From NCBI GenBank assembly GCA_000092065.1, contig CP000591.1: 64,000 nt of DNA; one strand, given 5' to 3'. This document shows positions 37,433-46,015 of this stretch, in pieces. This DNA comes from Ostreococcus lucimarinus. Taxonomy: Eukaryota. The position numbers and the translations under genes are program-made. Every line of letters begins with the position of its first letter. Position 1 is the first letter of the stretch. The notes beneath the pieces are model-generated. The model was given only the letters and a program-made list of their open reading frames with translations, did not search any database and was not told the origin of the DNA.

Positions 37433-38424
37433 CGGACGCGCGGGCGAACGCGCGCGGGTTCGCGGCGAGCGCGACGACGACGCGCGGCGACGACGACGCG
37501 TCGACGTCGCGCGACGGAGGCGCGAGCGATGGTGGGGAGCGCGGGCGCGACGGTGACGCGAGAGACGCGCGCGCGAGGCGGGACGAGGAGTCGCGCGCGG
37601 TGCTGCGCGAACGCGCGCTGCGAGCGGCGTTGAAGCGCGTGCGCGAGCTGGGATGGACGGACGCCGCCGTCGACGCGGGATTGAGGGATTTGAATTTGTC
37701 GCCCGCGATGCGCGCGATCGTTCGCGGCGACGCGGGGGCGGGCGCGAGGGACTCGGGACCGGGCGACGGGCTCGCGGGGGAGTTGGCGGGATACTTTGAG
37801 GAGTGCGCGGACGCGGCGTTTCACGCGAAGGTCGTCGCCGAGGGCGAGACGCTGCGCGCGATGAAGTCGCGCGAGCGCGTGAAGTGGCTGATGCGCGCGC
37901 GTTTGGAGATGATCGAGTCCAAGCTCGATTCGTGGCCGCGCGCGCTCGCCGCGATGGCGACGCCGCGGTACGCGATGACGACGCTTCGGCGTCGCGCCGC
38001 GCTCGCGGATTTCATCGCCGACGCCGCGGACGTCGACGCCTTGGACGTGCTTCCGGATTCGTTGGATACGTTTCGTTGGCACGCCGAACGCGCCGCGATG
38101 CTCGCGCTGTACGCCGCCACCGAGTTACGCTTGTTGACGGATTCGAGCAAGGATCGTCGCAAGACGTGGGCCTTTCTCGACGCCCGCGTCGACGACATCG
38201 CGCGATCCCGCGTCGACGTCCTCGAGCTCAAGTCGTACATCGACGTCTTCGCGCGCGACGCCGACTTGACGACGCTCGGCGCGTCGTTCGCGAGCAAAGA
38301 CGCGCTCGCCGCGGCGTTCGCGCCCGTCGCCGACGTCTTCGCTCGCGCGTCTCGCGCCGTCTTCTCGACCCCTTCGCGCGACGCGTCCGAGCGCGACCCG
38401 CCGCGCGACTCGCCCGATCGATAG
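37207..38424 (+). CDS. COQ9: ubiquinone biosynthesis protein COQ9 (start uncertain; conserved part from about 37590)
   Basis: RERALRAALKRVRELGWTDAAVDAGLRDLNLS... aligns with human [32 protein letters not shown]. Further matches: SWPRALAAMATP and WHAERAAMLALYAATELRLLTDSSKDRRKTWAFLDARVDD. The only in-frame ATG upstream of the domain is 37207, which lies inside the HIG1 CDS in another frame. Confidence 0.6.
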   Translation: MGARRCGRHGGGVARGIRRVQGWGRARVAADDARASARAGRDGGADGGDVRGRTVERDVLDARASRRGRDGGRGVTDARANARGFAASATTTRGDDDASTSRDGGASDGGERGRDGDARDARARRDEESRAVLRERALRAALKRVRELGWTDAAVDAGLRDLNLSPAMRAIVRGDAGAGARDSGPGDGLAGELAGYFEECADAAFHAKVVAEGETLRAMKSRERVKWLMRARLEMIESKLDSWPRALAAMATPRYAMTTLRRRAALADFIADAADVDALDVLPDSLDTFRWHAERAAMLALYAATELRLLTDSSKDRRKTWAFLDARVDDIARSRVDVLELKSYIDVFARDADLTTLGASFASKDALAAAFAPVADVFARASRAVFSTPSRDASERDPPRDSPDR

Positions 38425-38583
38425 TTTACCCGGTAGTCTTAATGCTCACGCGCGCGCCTTTAACCGACTTCGCGCGCGCTCGCCGTCGCGTTTTGTGTCG
38501 CTTCGGTCGCTCCACTCCCGGGTGTTTCACGCCCGAATCGTCGCGCCGCCGCGCGCCGCGCGTCACGCGCGCGCGCTCGAGCG

Positions 38584-41500
38584 ATGTCGTTCGACCTGCG
38601 CTGCGCCGTCCTGTGCTACGCCCTCGCCGGCGTCGCGCACGAGCTCGCGCACGTCCTCGCGCACGCCGCGCTCGCGCTCGCGAAGCGTCGCGGGTCGGTC
38701 GCCGTCTTCGACGCGTGCGCCGCGCTCGACGCGCGCGCGTCGCCGTCGTCGCTCGCGGCGACGCTCGCGCGCGCGCTCGGACGGTGGAGCGCGTTCGCGG
38801 ACGCGCTCGACGACGCGTCGTGCGCGAACGCGCGCGCGATCGTGCGATGGGCGGGCGCGCTGGCGAGCCTGGGCGCGGCGGCGGCGGCGACGACGCGAAC
38901 GCGAGGCGACAAAAGCGGAACGAGCGCGGCGCTGCGAGTCGCGTGCTGGGCGACGGTCCTGGACGCGGTGTGCACGGACGTGCTGGACGCGCTGCCGCGC
39001 GCGCGAGGGACGGTGCTGTGCGGGAACTTTGGGATTATTTTGATAAACGCGGCGTGGTGCGAGAGCGAACGCGGGAAGCGGGCGTTTGATTTGTTGGAGA
39101 AGATGGTGTACGTGACGATGATGCGAGGGGCGCAGAGCGGTGGAGTCGTGACGTTCGACGAGTGCCGTGAGAAGGCGCGAGGGGAGGGTGCGGCTGTGGC
39201 GCTGCGCGGCGCGAGAAGTCGCGTGGTGAACATGAAGCGCACGGATTTGAGCAAGCTCGTGCGAGCAAAGGCGGAACGCGACTGCGGAGGGGCGAAGATG
39301 GGTCGACAAAACGTCACGCGCATGATCGTCGGCCACACGCGGTTCGCGACGACGTCCAAGGCTACGTTTGACGGCACGCATCCGCATCAGTGGTCGCCGC
39401 CGCAGCAGTGTCTCGTGTACGGGCAAAAACAGAAAACGCCCGGGCCGACGCGCGTCGGCGTGGAGAATTACATCACGCACAACGGCGATTTCGACTTTTA
39501 CCAAATCAACAAAAACTGGTACGAGCTCGGTGAGATGCAGCGGTGGTTAGAAATCGCCACGGGACATCCCATGCCGAGCGTGGTGGATTCTGCCGCCATC
39601 GCTGGCGTTATCGATTTACTCAGAGCGCAGGGGAGCTTCGCGCTCGCCGCGAGATTTGCGGTGTGCGTGGGGCTGAACACGAGCGACGCGTCGAAGGACG
39701 CCCCCGTGCCAACGCTCGCGAAATTCGAAGAAATCGCGCGGTATTTTGAAAACGCTTTGGATGCGTCGCTGAGTGCAGGTAAACATACCGTTCGCGAGCT
39801 CGGCTTTCAGGCGAGCACGCGCGAGTTGCTCACGGAAAAGGTCGTATCCGCGCTCGAGGGCGAAGGCAAAGCAGCGATCGAGTGCATCAACTATTACATC
39901 GATGAAGAAATGGGATCGAGTCTACGACACTTTGTGCGATCGACGATCGATGCATTCTTCGACAACGATAGCTTATTCGTGACGAAGACATTTCTCGCCA
40001 ACGCGAAAGGTTCGTTTGGTTTGATGGTGACAAACTCTTTAGATGCGCATCGGCAGCTTTGCGTCGCCGCGCGGGGGCAAACTATAAGCATCGCGTTCTA
40101 CCCGAAGAAGGGTTTGATTTGTTACGGCTCTGAACAAGCCGCCGTTAAAGCGGGTTTGTCGATCCCGACACCAGGTGGTGACGTGTTGGCGAGCGTTCAC
40201 GGCGGTGAATTCGGCGACGACAACGCCGCCGTGCGTCTCGACTTGGACGATTTGAATGGCGAAATTTGTTTGTTAGATTGGGAAGACGGCGACGAACCCG
40301 CGGTGTCGTTCCCGAACTCGCACTTGGAGCAATACCCACTCATGGGTGGCAAAGTTACCGTCGTCCTCGCCGCTGAAGGTACATCTGGCGTGAGCAAGTC
40401 AACCATCGGAACGCCTGCGCAGAGTCTCGTCATGCGCAAGCCGAGCCTACACGTGGGCGTTAGCGTGGACAAGAAGCTGTTTCGCCGAATGACTCGACTC
40501 GAAGGGAACGACCTCATCAAGCCGCTTTTACCCGATCGAGAGGACTTGGTGCTGCACGATATTCACGATATTCCCAAAATTTTGCGAAACATTCAGGAAG
40601 ACTGGCAAAATCGCCCACAGGCCACGATTAGTCTCAATCGACTCACGGCTTGGAACCTTGCGCGTTGTTTGCGGCGACGTCTCGATCGCCGACTCAACAG
40701 TACGACAAAGTCATCGCGTTCAATAGATGTCGTCGTCACCGGTTGTGAAGTGTCGCTTTGGCTAGCCGAACAATTTGCGGCTGATTTACAGCAAGCGTTC
40801 CCCCGGCTGACGGTGAAAGCTGTGAGCTCGAATAAAATACTCGGTTTGTTCGGCCAAGACATTCCCATCCCAACAGTGGGATTCCCAGACTCAAAGAAGA
40901 ACGATGACTTTACGGACTCTGTCGTCATTGTCGTCAGTCACTCTGGCGGGACGTTTGCGCCACTCGCGACTTCGAATCTCCTCGTGAGCTCCACGAGCTC
41001 CATCTTCGTCGTCGCCAGCGAATGGGACACACAAATCGGCAAACAACTCAGAGCGATCAAGTCTGATGGGGCCTTCTGCAGCCGTATCTTTAGCACAGAT
41101 GTTGGCGTCCGACCAGCTGAGCCGTGTTCGGTGAGCGTTGCGGCGACGCAGCAACTTTTGACGCAAATTTTCATGCACATGTCACTCGTGATTCTCGGTA
41201 ACGCCGATTACCGCAAGTACGCGGGCGCCGTGGTTACGAAGCACGACTTGGCGGAACTCGAAAGGTGCAATCAAATGAACATCACCGCGCTGGAAGAAAT
41301 AGTGGGAGTGAAAGCGACGGGCGAAAAGGTCGACTCGTCGACGGAGCGTAGTCTTCGAGCGCAAGGCGACGAGTGGTCCGATCACGTTCTCGAAGGCGTC
41401 AAGGGGTGGATGATGTCGTTTGCATACATCGTCGGCACCGTAACGGCGGGATACCCGCTCATCACCGGCGTTGCCGCCGCTTGTGGACTCGCGGCGACTT

Positions 41501-42900
41501 GGGCGTTTTACCTCACACGATTCTTCGACGCGTTGATTTACGTGTTTCTTCCTCAAATCAACATAACCATTATTCGTTTGGTGCAAGGACGAAACTTGCG
41601 TCATCGCATGACGGGTCGAACGGTTGTCATCGGCGACGTTCCGTGGGTCGCACAGGCTGCAGATGCGTTTCTGTCAAAGATTTTTGCATGCTCGTACTCT
41701 GCCGCTGGGTTGAACGTTCTCAGTGGTAATCCAAACGATCATCTCGTGCACCGACACACGCACCGCGTCGTTCGCGGCGCATTGCTCGTGGTCGGTCGTC
41801 CCGACGGTAGGCTCGCCGCGCTAACGTCCGCTGAGGCGACGACATCGCTCTCGCTCGCCCAAGCAAGTTCTATCCAAAGTTACGGCGGAACGTGCGAATC
41901 GATCACGATCGGGCACTCACCGTATAAGCTTCCACTATCAAAGAATGGTATCTTCCTCAAACGACACCGCCCGATGTACTTGTGCGAGAAGCTCGTGCTC
42001 GAGCGCGAGGGGGAAAAGAGTTTAGACGGTCGCTCGCCCGGCTCCTTGCTCGGCGTGTACAACAAGTATCACGAGGAAGGGGCGGAACTCTCTGTACATT
42101 CGCTTTCGCGTCGAAACGCGGTGCAAGTTCTCACAGCTTCGAGGATTAAGGCGGATAGACAGAAGGGTAATTTGCGCTCGGTGTTCGACGAAATCGACGT
42201 CAACCGCGACGGCAAACTATGCCTCGCTGAGTTCACGCAAGCGTACAAGAAAGTGGACGAATCGCTCACAGACGCACAAATAGCGAAGCTTTTCCGCGAT
42301 GCAGACGTTGACAACAGCGGTACATTGGACTACGATGAGTTTTGCGAAGTCATGAACCTTCCCGAAATGGACATGTTGAACATTCTCGAGGCAGATGCTC
42401 GAAACGAGGAAGGTTTGCTCATGGTGGAGCCGTCGCACGAAGATTATTTCGGGCAATCCATTCGACGAAGCGCACCGAAAAAGATCAAGGCGTACACTCT
42501 GGTGGAGTCTCAAGAGTTCAGCATGAGCTTGTACGAATCACGAATCGCGTCTTTGCAGCGCTTCGTCTCCATGACGGTGATGTTTCACCAAATGGGTGAC
42601 CGGGCTCAAAAGTTTTGGCGAAACGTCTCTTTCGGATATCTGGGATATCGCATGGATCGCACGCACAGTATCATGCGTATCGCCACCACGGCCTCACCCG
42701 TGAGCGGCGCTGAAGTGCGCGACCGGCGTCATTTTATCGCCCTCGTCACCGCGTTCAACAACGCGCTCGGCGTCATCGACAACTCCGGCCACATTCTTCT
42801 CTCTCGAAGACGCACGGAAAGCTACCGCCTCACATCGCGGCAAAAGTCCGCCGCGAGGCTTTCGCGTCAGAGCTCCGTCGCTAGCGCCACTGGCGCGTGA
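38584..42900 (+). CDS. 1438-aa multidomain protein: class-II glutamine amidotransferase + SIS domains (GlmS/GFAT-like) + EF-hand pair
   Basis: GATase-2 features: LCGNFGIIL (Cys146), MRGAQSGGVV and GHTRFATTSKATFDGTHPHQW. SIS features: VVVTGCEVSLWLAEQF and VVIVVSHSGGTFAPLA. EF-hands: DVNRDGKLCLAEF and DVDNSGTLDYDEF. The 145-aa N-terminal extension is hydrophobic and contains HELAH. Confidence 0.8.
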   Translation: MSFDLRCAVLCYALAGVAHELAHVLAHAALALAKRRGSVAVFDACAALDARASPSSLAATLARALGRWSAFADALDDASCANARAIVRWAGALASLGAAAAATTRTRGDKSGTSAALRVACWATVLDAVCTDVLDALPRARGTVLCGNFGIILINAAWCESERGKRAFDLLEKMVYVTMMRGAQSGGVVTFDECREKARGEGAAVALRGARSRVVNMKRTDLSKLVRAKAERDCGGAKMGRQNVTRMIVGHTRFATTSKATFDGTHPHQWSPPQQCLVYGQKQKTPGPTRVGVENYITHNGDFDFYQINKNWYELGEMQRWLEIATGHPMPSVVDSAAIAGVIDLLRAQGSFALAARFAVCVGLNTSDASKDAPVPTLAKFEEIARYFENALDASLSAGKHTVRELGFQASTRELLTEKVVSALEGEGKAAIECINYYIDEEMGSSLRHFVRSTIDAFFDNDSLFVTKTFLANAKGSFGLMVTNSLDAHRQLCVAARGQTISIAFYPKKGLICYGSEQAAVKAGLSIPTPGGDVLASVHGGEFGDDNAAVRLDLDDLNGEICLLDWEDGDEPAVSFPNSHLEQYPLMGGKVTVVLAAEGTSGVSKSTIGTPAQSLVMRKPSLHVGVSVDKKLFRRMTRLEGNDLIKPLLPDREDLVLHDIHDIPKILRNIQEDWQNRPQATISLNRLTAWNLARCLRRRLDRRLNSTTKSSRSIDVVVTGCEVSLWLAEQFAADLQQAFPRLTVKAVSSNKILGLFGQDIPIPTVGFPDSKKNDDFTDSVVIVVSHSGGTFAPLATSNLLVSSTSSIFVVASEWDTQIGKQLRAIKSDGAFCSRIFSTDVGVRPAEPCSVSVAATQQLLTQIFMHMSLVILGNADYRKYAGAVVTKHDLAELERCNQMNITALEEIVGVKATGEKVDSSTERSLRAQGDEWSDHVLEGVKGWMMSFAYIVGTVTAGYPLITGVAAACGLAATWAFYLTRFFDALIYVFLPQINITIIRLVQGRNLRHRMTGRTVVIGDVPWVAQAADAFLSKIFACSYSAAGLNVLSGNPNDHLVHRHTHRVVRGALLVVGRPDGRLAALTSAEATTSLSLAQASSIQSYGGTCESITIGHSPYKLPLSKNGIFLKRHRPMYLCEKLVLEREGEKSLDGRSPGSLLGVYNKYHEEGAELSVHSLSRRNAVQVLTASRIKADRQKGNLRSVFDEIDVNRDGKLCLAEFTQAYKKVDESLTDAQIAKLFRDADVDNSGTLDYDEFCEVMNLPEMDMLNILEADARNEEGLLMVEPSHEDYFGQSIRRSAPKKIKAYTLVESQEFSMSLYESRIASLQRFVSMTVMFHQMGDRAQKFWRNVSFGYLGYRMDRTHSIMRIATTASPVSGAEVRDRRHFIALVTAFNNALGVIDNSGHILLSRRRTESYRLTSRQKSAARLSRQSSVASATGA

Positions 42901-42990
42901 ATCTAGCGCATCTCGCGCCCATTTGTTTTAATACCGAAGCGCCGTCGCGTCTCGCTCTCGTCCCGCCCTCGCCCCAGACCTCGCCGCGCG

Positions 42991-44370
42991 ATGCGCCGCC
43001 GCGCCCTCGCGCGCGCGCTCGCGCGCTGGTGCGACGCGCCGTTGTCGTCGTCTCGTCCGTCGCCTCGCGCGCGAACGATCGCCCGCGCGTCGTCGACGAA
43101 GCCAAACGACGACGACGAAAACTTTGTCCCGAGCGCCAAAGCGCGCGCCTTCATGCGCGCGTTAAACCTTCGCGACGACGATCTCACGACCGCTCGCGAC
43201 GAGGTGCGACCGAGGGACAAAGCTTACGTCGATCGGCGTCGCGTGCGCGCGGAGGGAGGACGCGGCGGCGGCGGGGTGGCGTCGTTCGCGATGGATGGCG
43301 GTTCGCGGCGGCGACGCGGCGCCGACGGCGGCGACGGCGGTAAGGGCGGCGACGTCGTTCTCGTGGCATGCGCGCGGACGAAAGGGCTGGGAGACGTGAA
43401 GAATTTATTGCGAGGCGCGACGGGAGGTGCGGGAGGGGCGCAGGGACGGATCGGGAGTCGAGGCGCGGACGCGCGCGCGCGCGTGCCGCTAGGGACCATC
43501 GTGTGGCGCGAACTCGCGGACGGCGACGACGACGGCGGCGGCGGCGCGATCGATTTCACGCACTGGGGCACGGATTCACCGGTATCGTCGACGGCGGACG
43601 CGTCGGAAAGCGACGATGAATCGCGAGTGAATGAGAATGGTTGGACGCGGCCGCGCGGGCTCAGTAGAGGCGAATGGCTCGTCGTCGCCGACTTGACGCG
43701 CGACGGACAAACGTGCGTGCTCGCCCGAGGCGGGAAGGGAGGTAAAGGGAATAAACGCATGCCCGTTGGACGCGAAGCCGGGACGCGCGAGCCGGGCGCT
43801 CCGGGTGAAGAAGGTAAATTCGTGTTGGAGTTGAAAACCGTCGCCGACGTCGGGCTGGTGGGACTGCCGAACGCGGGAAAAAGCACGCTCTTGCGCGCTT
43901 TGTCCAACGCGACGCCGCGCGTCGGGTCTTACGCGTTCACCACGATGCAACCACAACTTGGCGCGGTATCGGCAACGGACGGCGAGACGATCACGCTGGC
44001 AGACATTCCCGGCTTGATCAAAGGGGCACACGAAAACAAAGGGTTGGGGCATAATTTCTTGCGACACGTCGAGCGATGCGAGGCGTTGGCGTACGTGGTA
44101 GATTTATCGAGCGGCGACGGCGTCAAACCTTGGGATGCGTTGGATATCCTCAAGCGCGAGTTGGAGGAGTACTTACCAGGACTTTCTAAACGCCCTGGGT
44201 TCATCGTCGCGACGAAGACGGATTTGCCGCACACGGCGCGGACGTTGAAGGCGCTTCGAGCGCGCACGGCGCCTACGCCCGTCTTTGCTGTGTCAGCGGC
44301 GAATCGCGAAGGCACGGACGAGGTTCTTCGCGTGTTTGAGAACGAAATCATAGGAAATAGACGAGTGTAG
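42991..44370 (+). CDS. OBG: Obg-family GTPase (organellar type)
   Basis: Obg fold: YVDRRRVRAEGGRGGGGVASF...GGDGGKGGDVVLV. G domain: DVGLVGLPNAGKSTLL, SYAFTTMQPQLG, ADIPGLIKGAHENKGLG and ATKTD. Confidence 0.9.
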   Translation: MRRRALARALARWCDAPLSSSRPSPRARTIARASSTKPNDDDENFVPSAKARAFMRALNLRDDDLTTARDEVRPRDKAYVDRRRVRAEGGRGGGGVASFAMDGGSRRRRGADGGDGGKGGDVVLVACARTKGLGDVKNLLRGATGGAGGAQGRIGSRGADARARVPLGTIVWRELADGDDDGGGGAIDFTHWGTDSPVSSTADASESDDESRVNENGWTRPRGLSRGEWLVVADLTRDGQTCVLARGGKGGKGNKRMPVGREAGTREPGAPGEEGKFVLELKTVADVGLVGLPNAGKSTLLRALSNATPRVGSYAFTTMQPQLGAVSATDGETITLADIPGLIKGAHENKGLGHNFLRHVERCEALAYVVDLSSGDGVKPWDALDILKRELEEYLPGLSKRPGFIVATKTDLPHTARTLKALRARTAPTPVFAVSAANREGTDEVLRVFENEIIGNRRV

Positions 44371-44421
44371 CGATTTAGCGACAGATGTAGATAACTAACA
44401 AGAACTAGAGGTGCAGTAAGT

Positions 44422-45798
44422 TTACGCCGATTGCCGCGTTGGACGCGCGCTTCGCGCATTGGGCGCGCGCTCCTTTTTCGACGACGATTTCCGAGCGGGC
44501 GCGCGCGCCTTACTCTCACGAGTACTCCCTTCCAATGGCGAAAGCTCAGCATCTCGTTCTCGCTCTGCCGCCGCGTTCAGCTTGCGTTGCCACGAAATCA
44601 AGTACGCCGCCGTCGTCGTGACGGCGACGATCCACGCGATGACTACGTGACGAGGCCAAGGAGCGGTGAATTTACCGCGACCGTTTTTCACGACGACCAA
44701 AAATTCAACGATGAGCACCGCGAGCGCTAACCACGCGTTCGGGCCGAGCTTGGCCTCCCCCACGTCCGGGGTTTCGATGAAGACGTAATATTCGCGAATC
44801 GCGATGTTAGACATGGCGAACCACAACCCGAGACGGTACAAGCAAAAGTTGTGCGACGGCGGCACGTGCAAGACGAACTTCATGAAGAACAGGTTCAAGT
44901 CAAACACCAACCCACAAAACACGAGAAACGCGCACTTCAAGAACCGACTGGGCGATCCGGTGGGACGCCACGTGTAGTGATCGACGCTCGCCGGCGTGAG
45001 CGACGTCAAAACCGTCTTCAGCGCTCCGCGCACCGGCGAACGCGGCGGCTCCTTCGCCGCCGCCGATCGAGACGACGCCTTCTTCCCGCTCCAATCGTGA
45101 AATTTCCCACGCATGAACTTCACGAGCCACATTCCCGCACAGATGCCCAACAAGTTACAAATCATCACGTCCCACACCCACATGTCCCACCAGCACTCGT
45201 TAAAATTGGGTTGCCAGTGCTCAAACGTCAGCTCGCACAGCTCGAACGCGATTGAATACGCCCACAACAACCCCCAATCCCTGATCGCCACCGCCTTACC
45301 GAACCATCCCAGCACGTGAGCCACGGTAAACTCATCGAACAGCGTTTCGTACACGATTCCAAACGATCCGCTTCGATGTCCCGGCGTGTACACGCGGCAA
45401 TCGCCGCCGTAGCTCCTCGTCGGCAGCGGCGTCCCCAAGTCGTCCCAAAAGAATTTCAGCATCTTTTGCGCGTCCGCGGGCGTTTGAAACAGCAGCACTA
45501 TCAACGCCAGAAGGTACATCGTGAACGCCGCGTGCACCACCTTCCACACCGCCGCGTGCGGTCGCGTCATGTGCGTCGCCGGTCCCTGCAGCGCGCCGTA
45601 CGCCAGGTACGCGCCCAGCGCGCCCGTCGCGCCTCGACGGATCCCGTCCTCCGTCGTCCATCGCGCGTCGTTCGCGTCGTTCGCGAACGCGTGCGTGGCG
45701 ACCGCCAGCGCGACCGCGCCGCACGCGAGCATCGTGAGCGTGTGCGGCGAGCGCGCGAGTCGCGCGACCGTCGACGTGCTATTCTCGGCCCATCGCAT
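44422..45798 (-). CDS. phosphatidylserine synthase (base-exchange type, PTDSS/PSS1-like)
   Basis: In-frame ATG at 45798 of ORF 44422..46653. Sequence: TRPHAAVWKVVHAAFTMYLL, DEFTVAHVLGWFGKAVAIRDWGLLWAYSIAFELCELTFEHWQPNFNECWWDMWVWDVMICN. Confidence 0.85.
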   Translation of the reverse strand: MRWAENSTSTVARLARSPHTLTMLACGAVALAVATHAFANDANDARWTTEDGIRRGATGALGAYLAYGALQGPATHMTRPHAAVWKVVHAAFTMYLLALIVLLFQTPADAQKMLKFFWDDLGTPLPTRSYGGDCRVYTPGHRSGSFGIVYETLFDEFTVAHVLGWFGKAVAIRDWGLLWAYSIAFELCELTFEHWQPNFNECWWDMWVWDVMICNLLGICAGMWLVKFMRGKFHDWSGKKASSRSAAAKEPPRSPVRGALKTVLTSLTPASVDHYTWRPTGSPSRFLKCAFLVFCGLVFDLNLFFMKFVLHVPPSHNFCLYRLGLWFAMSNIAIREYYVFIETPDVGEAKLGPNAWLALAVLIVEFLVVVKNGRGKFTAPWPRHVVIAWIVAVTTTAAYLISWQRKLNAAAERERDAELSPLEGSTRESKARAPARKSSSKKERAPNARSARPTRQSA

Positions 45799-46015
45799 CT
45801 TCGCGCGCGCGTCGCGTCGAGCGCGTCGCGCGCCCGGCGCGGCGCGCGGTGCGTTCGCGCGCGGCGCGCGGTGCGTTCGCGCGCGCGGTGCGCGTCGAGC
45901 GTTCGCGCGCGTCGGCCGTCGCGCGTCTCGAAGTGAAGATTTGTCGTCGACGGTGCATCGCGTCCACGCGCGCGCGAACGCGACCGCCACACGCGCGCGC
46001 GCGCGCGACGACGCG

